From Octopus bimaculoides (taxonomy: Eukaryota): a stretch of DNA of 64,000 bases. Below are positions 40,309 to 50,589 of the stretch, piece by piece. How positions within the stretch are numbered: the first letter of the stretch is position 1; each line of letters begins with the position of its first letter. The notes under the pieces were generated by a model. The model was not told the DNA's origin. It did not search any database and was given only the letters and a program-made list of their open reading frames with translations. The stretch is taken from assembly GCF_001194135.2 (NCBI RefSeq), contig NC_068982.1, positions 31,049,275 through 31,113,274 of the forward strand, read 5' to 3'. Made by a program: the position numbers and the translations under genes.

Positions 40309-40354
40309 GCATGCACACACACGCATAAATATATTTACTCTTTTACTCTTTTAC

Positions 40355-40776
40355 TTGTTTCAGTCATTTGACTGTGGCCATGCTGGAGCACCGCCTTTAG
40401 TTGAGCAACTCGACCCCAAGACTTATTCTTTGTAAACCCAGTACTTATTCCATCGTTTTGCCGAACCGCTAAGTTACGGGGACGTAAACACGTCAGCATC
40501 GGTTATCAAGCGATGTTGGGGGGACAGACATAAACACATATATATACATATATATATACATATATAGGACGTGTTCTTTCAGTTTCCGTCTACCATATCC
40601 ACTCACAAGGCTTTGGTCGGCCCGAGGCTATAGTAGAAGACACTTGCCCAAGGTGCCACGAAGTGGGACTGAACCCGGAACCATGTGGTTGGTAANNNNN
40701 NNNNNACGAAGTGGGACTGAACCCGGAACCATGTGGTTGGTAAGCAAGCTACTTACTACACAGCCACTCCTACGCC
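40355..40776 (-). mobile_element. SINE family A, full-length, least diverged copy (tRNA head plus CORE-like ACCTTGGGCAAGT block)
   Basis: The minus strand begins GGCGTAGGAGTGGCTGTGTAGTAAG...GGTTCCGGGTTCAGTCCC (A/B-like boxes), then GGCACCTTGGGCAAGTGTCTTC, and ends GTCAAATGACTGAAAC. Confidence 0.92.
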
Positions 40777-40807
<31 letters not shown>

Positions 40808-41109
40808 AAAGAGAGAGAGAGAGAGAGTACACATTGTAGAAATCTACGTAGGAACTACATATTTATACTGGGGTTTACCTTAATTTTCACTGCGTATGCT
40901 CTGTATATCATAACTAGTAACACATAAACCCATGTTTTCGAAAAAGTGGTAATTCTTCAGGGAGATGTTAGCTGAATTATGTTCGTGAAGCAAAATTTCA
41001 TACTATAACACTGTAAAATTTGAAGGGTAATTTGAAAAGTCTGTGAGTCTTGTCAATTAGAGAAATTTACCTTTCATACAGTTGCTATTCTGACACTATT
41101 AGTTTGCAG

Positions 41110-41273
41110 GAATTGCTTCCCCACATTTTAAAAAAATACAATTCCAAAAGTGGCAGGAACGCTGGGACCGGTGAGACTACTTTGAAAGAGATGTTGTTAA
41201 ACATAGGTAAATAAGTTATTTTTTTTTATATTAAACATAACTAGTCCAGGAATATTTTTGATACCACCTCGTA
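41110..41273 (+). mobile_element. Mariner transposase 3' end and right TIR
   Basis: FQKWQERWDR followed (after a small deletion) by DYFERD resembles the mariner W..RW..C...GDYFEGD terminus. A TIR-like GGAATATTTTTGATACCACCTCG plus TA lies at ~41249-41273. Confidence 0.7.
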
Positions 41274-42143
41274 TGACGAGTACATTACGTCTTTTGCGAA
41301 CGTGTAATTACTTTAACTTTTACATAGTGTTGTGACCGCTTTTCAAACATTTGGATGACGCATCTGCTGTTAACCATTGCTCAAATCGTTTCTTATTATC
41401 AAACAACAATTATTTTATCAGGGTGCAAAATAGGTTCCTGATTCTGTATATTAACAGTACTAAATAAACCTCAAGCCATCTCAATTTCTAATGTTCAGTA
41501 AATTATGGAAGTTTTATATTCAAACATTTGAATTTTTCTGATGACCCACAGATGAAGAGAAAGAGTTATGGAAGAGTGGACAAAATCTGTTACACGCTTT
41601 TGCCGTCTATTTACTTTACTAGTCATCATTTTTAATGGACTTTTGGCTCACCTTGCGACATACTTTAAAGGTTCTCTTTTAAACGTAATTTCAGCAATGA
41701 ACCGCAAAAGACTGCAGGTTTTAAAGATTAACACAACCCTCTCTCACATAAAACGTAGGTGTATATTTGTTGTTTCAAGCTGTATGATGATCAAATTTAA
41801 AGTTGTATATGATAAGTTGTACTTGTTTGACAGTGACCAGATTATGGAAAATTGCAAGTCCATGAAAACAAGAACAAACACCACTTGAACAGTGAATCAA
41901 ACGAAATATAAAAGATTATGTGAATTGAATGGATTAACAAACTACTCTCTCAAATATGTATAACGGTAACGTTAAATTTAATTCATATTGGAAACGGAAA
42001 TGTTATGAATAAATAATGCCTTCACTGATATATGCACGAATATTTACGTACACATATATAGACATGCAAACAAGCATACAAATATACAAACATGCATATA
42101 AACATACATACACACACACACGTGTATGTGTGTCTGCGTATGA

Positions 42144-42186
<43 letters not shown>

Positions 42187-42779
42187 CACTTGCATATATA
42201 GAGTCGATGGAATGTTGTATAGAATGATTTGCAGATTTTGTCCCAAATTTTCATACTGAGTTTAAATCCCTCAGAGATCAAATTTAGCATTCATCCATGC
42301 AAGTTTGATAAAATGCTTGGGACGACGCTGATCATTGAAACTGATCAATGACCACACTGAATCTACTTGTCTATTACATAAGATCTTGGGCGGGTGAAGG
42401 AAGACTAGCCTGAAATAAAAATGCTAGTGTGTGTGTGTAATTAAGCAATATATTACTGGCTGTGGCACATAACAGGTCAGATGGCAGTTACGGAGCGAAT
42501 ATTACTACTAGAAATCTTGATGTCTCTTCAGACATCCCGACCGGAAGTGCATAGCCACTTTTATGCTGAAGGTACATAGATTGTGGGTTAGTTCGATGGT
42601 AATAAAAAGTGAAATGAAACATTCTGAGAAATATTTTTCCTGAGATTTCTTTTTATCAGCGGACCGAGCGCTTAACCGTGTTAAGCTAGATTTGTGTTAT
42701 CAGCGGGCCGAGGTGATAACTGTGGGTGCTTATTTAAATCGCCCCCTAGTTCTCATCTACATGATAAAGGCTCCTAAAC

Positions 42780-43200
42780 GGACTGCTTCATGAAAGCGGC
42801 ACGCGATAAGTTCGCTTGCTGAGTGCAAAATACTTCCAAATTCGGTAAATATTTTGAATGATTCTCAACTCAAGATTCTGCATCTTCTACTTCCATTCAG
42901 CTGTAGTCCAGATTATTTCAGCAACTTCCAATTGATTTTGTATGGTGTTGTTTTGTCTTTTAATCGCTATATATAATATAAGTAAAAGTTTAGCATTGTA
43001 CCTCACTTGCTTTCTAAAAGAAGGCTAGCGATTCTTCGTTCTGTCCTCAAAAAGTGTCCTCCGTTACTCCGCTCCCTTATTATTGGACGCTACCCTTTGT
43101 TTCCTAAACTTGCTTCTGTTTTACACTTGATCATTCACTTGACTATCGTTATAAACCCGACATGAACATTCAACATCTGCTCGATTTCATACCAAGGAGT
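42780..43200 (-). mobile_element. Decayed Penelope-like GIY-YIG remnant (second family)
   Basis: The minus strand reads CSC...FEDR..N..PSFR.....N..L..YI.IKDKTTPYKINWKLL...RC...E..KI...SELIACRFH. This parallels the PLE CNC...FKxRxxNHxxSF...LSxYIWxLK...YxIxW...C...EK...SEL..CRH pattern, with several stops. Confidence 0.55.
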
Positions 43201-44257
43201 TACATTCTATAATCAATAATATATTGCTTGATGATGTAGAAACTTGGCCCTTGAATTAACATTATAGAGTGTACTTTCTTCTGAGGCATGGACAATTAAC
43301 TGAAATTATTTGTGTGAGTGTGCGTCCGTGTATTATGCCATTCGCGAAATCCATTGTAAACATATTTTCGAGCTAAGATCAGTTGCTCTGTTTCCTTCAC
43401 TATAGCTACTATCTCTCCCTTCCGCTTCCTCCTCCTCCTCTCTCTCTCAGACACACAAACACACATAACAATACATGCATACATCGGTTTTCCTAATTTG
43501 CTCAGAAGCACAACACAACACATATAATATTGATTCTAAATATGTTTGTTCTCCTTAATATATTGAGTATTTGAAAATCCATCTGTTACGGTGTGGAACA
43601 GTATTTTATGAGACATCAAAAGAAGAATGCATGATAAAGCGATACTATTGATACGTTACTTAGTTAAGCCTGTGTAGAAGCCTGTATTTTACAAATATCA
43701 GTCAAATTCCCTTGAGCTCAAAGAATTCTATCATTAAGATGGACGATACATTTAGACACATCGGATAAAGTCCTCTGGTAAAAAAATTTGATGGTTCTTG
43801 CTGAAATCTCTATGAGCGTAAATATTTTCAAAGTAAACCAAAGCATCAACATAAAAAAAGAATCTTCTTGACATCTATTGTCAAATTTAAAACTGAAAGT
43901 AATAAAAAGTTACAAAATTCTTAACTATAAATATTTCTTATAGGCAATTTTGATACAACAAAACAAAATGAAATAACATTACATTATGACACTCACACAC
44001 ATGCACACAATGGAATTTCGGCATTTATCTTTCGAGCATCACTCTTTTCTGTCAAGATAAAGTCAGAGAAAAATATAAGAGTTTAAGAGAAGGAAATTTG
44101 ACATGATGTACTGAACGAGCATCAGTGGCAAGTGTTAGAATGGAGAAATGTTGTCTCTAGCAGAGAAGGGATTTATTGGCCTGATTGTTGGACATGTGCA
44201 TAAAGAGGTGGTGTTGGAATGAATAGTAATTGAATATATGTAGCATTATACAAGTGC

Positions 44258-44860
44258 AAACGAAGGTGGCTAGCTAGCAGAATCTTTACCGCGCCGGACC
44301 AAAGGCTTAGCGGTATTTCGCCCATCGCTACGTTCTCAGTTCAAATTCCACCAAGGTCGACTTTATATTTCATCCTTTTGGGATCGATAAATTAAGTACC
44401 AGTTGCGAACTGGGGTCGATCTAATCGACTGTCCCCTTCCCCAAAAATTGTGGGTCTTGTTTCTAGAATAGAAAAAAATATCTGAGGGCGGCGATCTGGC
44501 AGAAATGTTAGCGCGCCGGGCGAAATGCTTAGCGGTATATCGTCTGTCATTACGTTCTGAGTTCAATTTTCGCCGAGGTCGACTTTACCTTTCATTCTTT
44601 CGAGTTCAATAAATTAAGTTCCAGTTGCGTACTTGGGTCGATCTAATCAACTGGCCCCCTCCCCCAAAATTTCAGGCCTTGTGAAACGAAGGTGGCTAGC
44701 TGGCAGAATCGTTAGCGCGCCAGACGAAAGGCTTAGCGGTATTTCACACGTCACTACGTTCTCAATTCAAATTCCGCTGAGGTCGAATTTACGTTTTATC
44801 CTTTCGGGTTCTATAAAATAAGTACCAGTTGAACACTGGGTCGACTCATCCCCTCCCCCA
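44258..44860 (+). mobile_element. Three head-to-tail SINE family B copies (44258-44480, 44487-44683, 44684-44860)
   Basis: Each copy has the head GG(C/T)GGC..CTGGCAGAA, the B box GTTCAAATTCC or a variant, and the central GGTCGA..TT..TTTCATCC domain. Confidence 0.9.
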
Positions 44861-45514
44861 GTATTGTTGCCCTCATAGCAGAATTTGAAGTGCATACGGA
44901 TATGTAGGAGAAAGTGGAGCACTATGCATGCGTCAGAAAAGAAGAAGCCAAAAATAAAGAGGGAGTCACAACATTTGTGTGTACATACTTCTAGGTATGA
45001 AATTACTGACCGACACGCTGCCACTCACTGAAAGGAAGTGTTCGATATTTCGAAATTTTCCTATCATATTCCTCATGCCTATTCGTGAGAGTTCTAGTTC
45101 CAGATCGACTCTGAGCGTTTCTTGCGTCGCATTAAACTGCACGCATAGAGACAGCGTCTAGCACAACTGATTTCTCTACTGTTATCCGACGCTCATTATG
45201 CTTATCTGGTTTAGTTAACTGCTTTAGATCTGTGCCACAGCAGGTGGCAAGAAGCTGCAAATCACTTCTAGTCTAATTCACTAATTTAGATCTCTTCACC
45301 AGCAGGTACCAACAAACTTTCAACCTCTGCAACATCTGCAATTAGCATTCAACACAACCATTGTAGCTAAACTGGCCGACAAGAGCACAATTTTCGGTCA
45401 AAGTATTAACACTCACAGGGCAGGGTTGGAAGAGATGCTATAACTTAGCAAACACGAACTCAATATAGCTCAAAGTATAAACAAACCTTATTTCATACAA
45501 CAAATAGCTTATTT

Positions 45515-45727
45515 CTACAACAGTACACCAATAGAACCCTTCTTTTCTTTCACTATATGACCAGCGAGCAATGAGCTCATATTGACTTCATTGTTGGTGT
45601 AAGCGCTCCAGCTCAGATGGTTGTTACCAATTACTCCTAGGTCTTTGATACTGTTGAATACCATAAATGGTTCTCTTGAAGGAAGAGAAAATAGTTCTTT
45701 AAGCACATTCGCTTTTCCGAAGGGCAT
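45515..45727 (-). mobile_element. CR1/L2-type LINE RT fragment
   Basis: FNSIKDLGVIGNNHLSWSAYTNNEVN matches the KDLGV...LSW..HI motif that follows RT domain 7 in CR1/L2-group LINEs. Confidence 0.55.
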
Positions 45728-47171
45728 GAGTTAGATTTTGGAGCATGTTGTTTCGTTCACCTATTGATGCAGTGATTTACAGAATGCAGATCAGAATAAT
45801 GTTTTGTTTGGTAATAATTTTTCAAGCCACACACACACGCTGGGGCGCGCGCACACACACATACATACACAAACACACACACACACACGCGAAGACACAT
45901 ATATACGCACACACATACACACACACACACAAACACACACGCACACATAATGCCCCTTGAACGAACAATACAAAAATATATCGCATTCGTGCTCACAGAA
46001 ACACGCATACTTATTCGCACAGTGGCCTTTCAACCTTAGCTCTTTATGTTATTAAATGTGCTTATTGCTAAGAATCTATTTCTATATATTCATGAATTTC
46101 TCATTTATTCATATTCTTTTTATGCAAATATGCGTGTGGGGATCAGTGTATTTGTAGGTGCGAATGCATTACATGCATTTGCTTCAATTTCTCTATTTAC
46201 ATGTGTGTATTCTGCAAAAACATGCATTTTCATCATGATATTCCGCTTGATAACATGGAGTTAGTTAGCCAATATAGCCAAACCAGGTCATATATTTTAA
46301 TTTCAACATTCTTTTATTTTTTAAAAAAATCTAATTTCCTATTAAATTTTCCAGAGTGTATCATTGTCTTTTTGGTCATGAGTTTCTCGTATGGGGAAAA
46401 AATTCTATGCTATTATTATTCTTGACATTTAGAAATGTATTTCCTGAGTCTTTGTATGCATGCCTTGCTGATGCATATGTCTATTGAATTGATTTGTAGG
46501 AATCATTGTCAAAAGGAGGATGTATGCTTGTATGTGCATGCGTATCCGTTTGTGTATGTGCGTGCTTGTGAGATAGTGCAAGTGTGTTCTTGTAAGTTTT
46601 AGTGATGGCGTATTTAGAAATGATGGTGGCAATTTAAAAACTTAATCTGTTACGCTAAAAATTACATAATTTCATGTGCCAACTGCAAATTCATTGTTTT
46701 AGCTTACTTTTAAAGTGTAGATTTTATAATGATAAACAAATTTTCTGTATTCATTTTATATCTACTTTTTTTTGTTGTCATTTTTATTTATGTTCAATTA
46801 ATATTACATGGCACTGTGAAGCATTTGAGAAACTTTACAACACATTATTTAATGTACTCTTCCTTTCATAGATGAAGAAATTTTGAAGGTAAATTATTCC
46901 ATAGTGCTAGTTTCGAAAACAGCTCCACCACAATGACTACCAGTGAGTTGTGTACCGAGTTAAGGAGAACACCTTTATTTGGTTGCTTGAATTGCTAAAT
47001 ATCGCAGTCAAATCTCAACTTATCTTTAATGAAAACAAAAAATGATACGTATTACAATGTAATTACCGATATAGAAAGTTGCTAAGTTAGTCACAGACGG
47101 TAAGCTCTTTATCATAGTTCACTTAGATCTAGACTGACTGACATAAAGTAAAGCATCTACGGCAACAAAAT

Positions 47172-47640
47172 CTAGCGGTAAAACAAAATGAGCTCATTTT
47201 GTTTTACCGCTAGTTTTTGTGCTTCTTTCTTTCCGTTTGGTCTGCCACACAGATCACATGCATTCTTGTCTGCCTCCTCTCCTATCTTTTCTCCTGTCAA
47301 AGCTTGTGTCTCCAGCGTTCTCCACCTCACCTCTTTATGGCTCAGCAGCCCTTACTCTTTGTTTTCACTGTCCTGTTTTGTTACCAACTTTGACCCTCCA
47401 CAAATCCCAAATTTTATTTTGCTTTGCGGGAGCAACTGTTTTCGCGAAGACACATCTTGTCGCAATTGTTCGAAATGTAGAGTAGATTAACAGCCGACAA
47501 CTGATGAAGGGTCGTTCTTTATGTTACTTGTCTTGTTTTGCATTTGTTTCTTTCGTTGTTCGCAAAAAAAGTTCGTATTCCATGTTACCGTATTTCGTAT
47601 TTCATGTTATTTACGTTTCATGACGTTCTGTATCCATATA
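47172..47640 (+). repeat. Dispersed repeat family P, longest copy, starting at a perfect 42-bp palindrome
   Basis: Palindrome at 47172-47213, then a C/T-rich body, then GAGTAGATT...GACAACTGATGAAGGG...; the 3' part aligns with 13010-13175(-). Confidence 0.65.
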
Positions 47641-47703
47641 TGCATATGTATATACATATATATATATGTAAGTATGTACATATATGTCTGCATTTAAGCA
47701 TAT

Positions 47704-47768
<65 letters not shown>

Positions 47769-47804
47769 GTGTGTGCGTGTGTATGTATGCGTGCGCGTAT
47801 TTGT

Positions 47805-48005
47805 GTCTGTATTTATCCCCGCCACATCGCTTGACATCTGGTGTTGGTGTGTCTATGTTCACCTTAACTAAGCGATTCGGCAAAAGACACCGATAAAATA
47901 ACTACTAGGCTTAAAACAAAGGTCCTGAGGTCGATTTGTTCGGCTGAAACCCTCCAAGGTGGCGCCCTAGTATGGCCGTAGTCAAATGAGTGAAACAAGT
48001 AAAAG
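47805..48005 (+). mobile_element. SINE family A tail
   Basis: CATCGCTTGACATCTGGTGTTGGTGTG...GGTCGATTTGTTCGGCTGAAACCC...GGCCGTAGTCAAATGAGTGAAAC. Confidence 0.8.
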
Positions 48006-48121
48006 ATAAAAATTAAATATTAAGATATATTTCATGAGAAACAAAATATAAAGTCTGATGCTTGCTGATTTACAATTTAACATATTGTCGAACGTTATTT
48101 ACATTAATGTTTTTACGCCAT

Positions 48122-48410
48122 ATGCCCACGGGCATATGGCGTAGTGGTTAAGAGCGCGGGCTACTAACCCCAAGATTCCACGTTCGATTCCTGAAGAATA
48201 ATAATAATAATAATTATTATTATAATACCATCGAAGAATACCTTAGGAATGAGAACTCAGGTTCGAAATTTCCCCACGACACCTGAAGAAGGCTGCAGGG
48301 TATATCAGCTGAAACGTTGTGTTAACAACAACAAGTTGAGGACAAATATCCGGCGAATGTAAATAATGTAAATAATGTACATAATTCCTCATCTCTTAAA
48401 TATAGAACTA
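48122..48410 (+). mobile_element. Solo Penelope terminal module: tRNA-like head, (TAA)n spacer and hammerhead ribozyme
   Basis: A box TGGCGTAGTGG (48137-48147), anticodon-like arm GGG-CTACTAA-CCC and B box GTTCGATTCC (48182-48191). It is homologous to 32500-32680, which follows a GIY-YIG ORF. Confidence 0.8.
48278..48323 (+). ncRNA. Minimal type I hammerhead ribozyme
   Basis: Stem I GACAC/GUGUU, core CUGAAGA (48283-48289) plus an extra A, stem II GGCUG/CAGCU with a 10-nt loop, GAAA (48311-48314), palindromic stem III ACGU and cleavage triplet GUU (48316-48318). Confidence 0.75.
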
Positions 48411-48912
48411 TATTGTTGAACAGTTCATAATCTTTAATGGCTTCAAGGGAGTAGACCTAAAATTAATAACTATAGCTTAATTAAGCTGTGTTGATGTAGA
48501 ATTCTTTTGTTACGTTCGGTTATACAAAGTGAAGGCGAAAACTATCGGCTGACCGGTGCTTCCGAGAAGTCCTGCCTAACTGAAAGTCCCTTCACTGCAG
48601 ACCAGCTCACTAGCTATCCTGCAGTGGAGTTACTGACTACAGTTCGTCTGTTATAAATCCTTGGGCACTCCCCTACATAACATTAATATCGTTCTAATCA
48701 GAATTAGCAATGTAAGGAAAGCAAGGCAGCTGCAACCAGAATGACGTTGAATTCGTTTTGTTACATATGAGGCTAGTCAATATTTATTTTCCCAACCTAC
48801 TGCGATGTGTAGTGTATTTATGCTTATTATATTGCGTTTTTCCATCGTGGTTTCAGTCAACAAATGCAAACATTTAAATTGTGTAGAATAATCTTACTAT
48901 TGCATGTTGTAA

Positions 48913-49110
48913 GGCGGCGACTGTCAGAATCGCTAGCGCGCCGGACAAAAGTCTTAGCGGCATTTCGTCTGCTTTACTTTCTGAGTTCATATTTCGCCGA
49001 AGTCGACTTTGCTTTTCATTCTCTCTGGGTCGATATGTAACAATCAAGTACTAGGACTAATAATACCGGCTAGCCGCTTCCATCCAAGGATTTCAAACCT
49101 TGTGCCTACC
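48913..49110 (+). mobile_element. SINE family B, diverged
   Basis: AAGGCGGCGACTGTCAGAATCGCTAGCGCGCCGG...GTCGACTTTGCTTTTCATT. Confidence 0.8.
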
Positions 49111-50074
49111 TACAGCACAAAGGATTATTACATGTTGTGCTTAATTTTCACCAATTGTGATCCTGATAGTACAGACGTATGAGGAAAAACATTCCACCAT
49201 ACACTTTAATTTCTGTTATATATTTAGGATTACAGTTTTTAGTACACTTCATTTTTAAGCTGGTAAGATTATCCTTTAGGAAGTTCTAGCTGTTATTTCT
49301 TCTCGGTTGAGTGACAGGTGACGGAGCGCTCGTTAGAGTAGTAATAAATGTTATGAGTCCCGGTAAAGGTCGAGTTTTGCTGCTTTACTGAATCTTACTA
49401 ATAAAATTTACATGAATAATCCGCTTTTTGAAATATTCAACTACCATGCCTAAGCACTTAATTCATATTCTCTACTTCATATTCCTATAATTAAATGGTC
49501 AAAGTTATATATTGATCTAAATCTACAAAGTAAGATTTATAAATTACAGAGAGACGTTTTGGCATGGGAAATCAAAGCAAACTTGTTAGTTTTCATGAAA
49601 GTTTGACAAAAGCTATATCCTCTCAGGAAATATGGAAACACAGCATAAAGATATAAATCTCTGTAGAATTTCAATCCATAATTAACAAGTGGAATATCTA
49701 AATCTATATTCAATTAATCTTTTCAATTCTAACGCAGCAATATTACTATCATTGCTTTATGATATATTAGGATTTTCCAGAAAAATGTGATGTAATCTAT
49801 CTAGCTTTAGACTCTTCTTTATCATTTCACACTTTCTAAATTTATACATCTCAAATTACCTTTTACCAGCAAGCATACACACATACAAACACATACATAC
49901 GCACACATCCCTCCAGCTCTCCCTCACTCACTCTCATTGAATGTGACAGAGGGTGTTAGAACACGTGAAATGCTAAAGATAAGAGCTAAAGTGGTGTCAT
50001 GCTGCAGTTAACGTTATAATTGTATACATACATACTGACAGCGGCCTTAAACGGCCGAAATCGGCAGTCATAAT

Positions 50075-50127
50075 GCCCCTGTATCATCGACAATTTCAGG
50101 TTAAAGACCGAACCCTCTTCAGTAGGG
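50075..50127 (-). ncRNA. Type I hammerhead ribozyme motif
   Basis: The minus strand reads CCCUA CUGAAGA GGGUU CGGUCUUU AACCU GAAA UUGUCGAUGAU A CAGGG. Both core boxes are present, with a 5-bp stem II, a quasi-palindromic stem III, triplet AUA, and stem I CCCU/AGGG with one A-C mismatch next to the core. Confidence 0.6.
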
Positions 50128-50230
50128 TCGGCACCGCTCACCAGATTCCAGATAAGATCGTCACGAGTATATATGTCTACTCCATAGAAATTTATGGAGG
50201 ATTTAGCGAATAGCTTATGTGAATACGAGT

Positions 50231-50373
50231 CTAGGACATTTACCTCTCACGGACAATAACTCCACAACGACAATAATCCTAAGGATAACAGATGATGATC
50301 TAAAACTTATTAATATATTGGAGAAGGGTAATTAACCAATAGGGGTAATTGTCCTGGTGGGGTATTGTCCTGA
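50231..50373. mobile_element. MITE-like element with repeated GGACAAT subterminal inverted motifs
   Basis: Left CTAGGACATTTACC and GGACAATAAC; right GGGGTAATTGTCCTGG and GGTATTGTCCTGA, in inverted orientation. Confidence 0.5.
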
Positions 50374-50449
50374 TACGGTGTATACAAATAATTAAACTAA
50401 GCATCAGTTTTCCTTCTGGTGGTACATTGCTCAACAGCTGCCTATTTTA

Positions 50450-50525
<76 letters not shown>

Positions 50526-50589
50526 TATATATATATACACAGGAAATAATTAAGATTCAGTTGAATTAGGTACTGAAGTTGAAAATGGA

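Noticed and set aside
41110-41206. Apparent 97-nt exon (TTTGCAG|GAATTG...ATAG|GTAAAT; ELLPHILKKYNSKSGRNAG...)
   Set aside because: Another frame gives the mariner transposase terminus and a TIR follows, so the splice-like signals are probably coincidental.
41568-41888. 106-aa ORF MEEWTKSV...
   Set aside because: No recognisable domain, AT-rich background composition, and expected by chance.
47430-47540. GAAA...CUGAUGA in family P read as a type II/III hammerhead
   Set aside because: Stems I, II and III cannot all be closed in register, and no GAAA follows CUGAUGA.
48130-48200. Functional tRNA gene
   Set aside because: There is no 3' acceptor strand and the anticodon stem is short; the sequence is embedded in a repeated retroelement module.
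48530-48660. EGENYRLTGASEKSCL resembling a sushi/CCP domain
   Set aside because: It lacks the upstream Cys and the conserved Trp, and has no splice sites.
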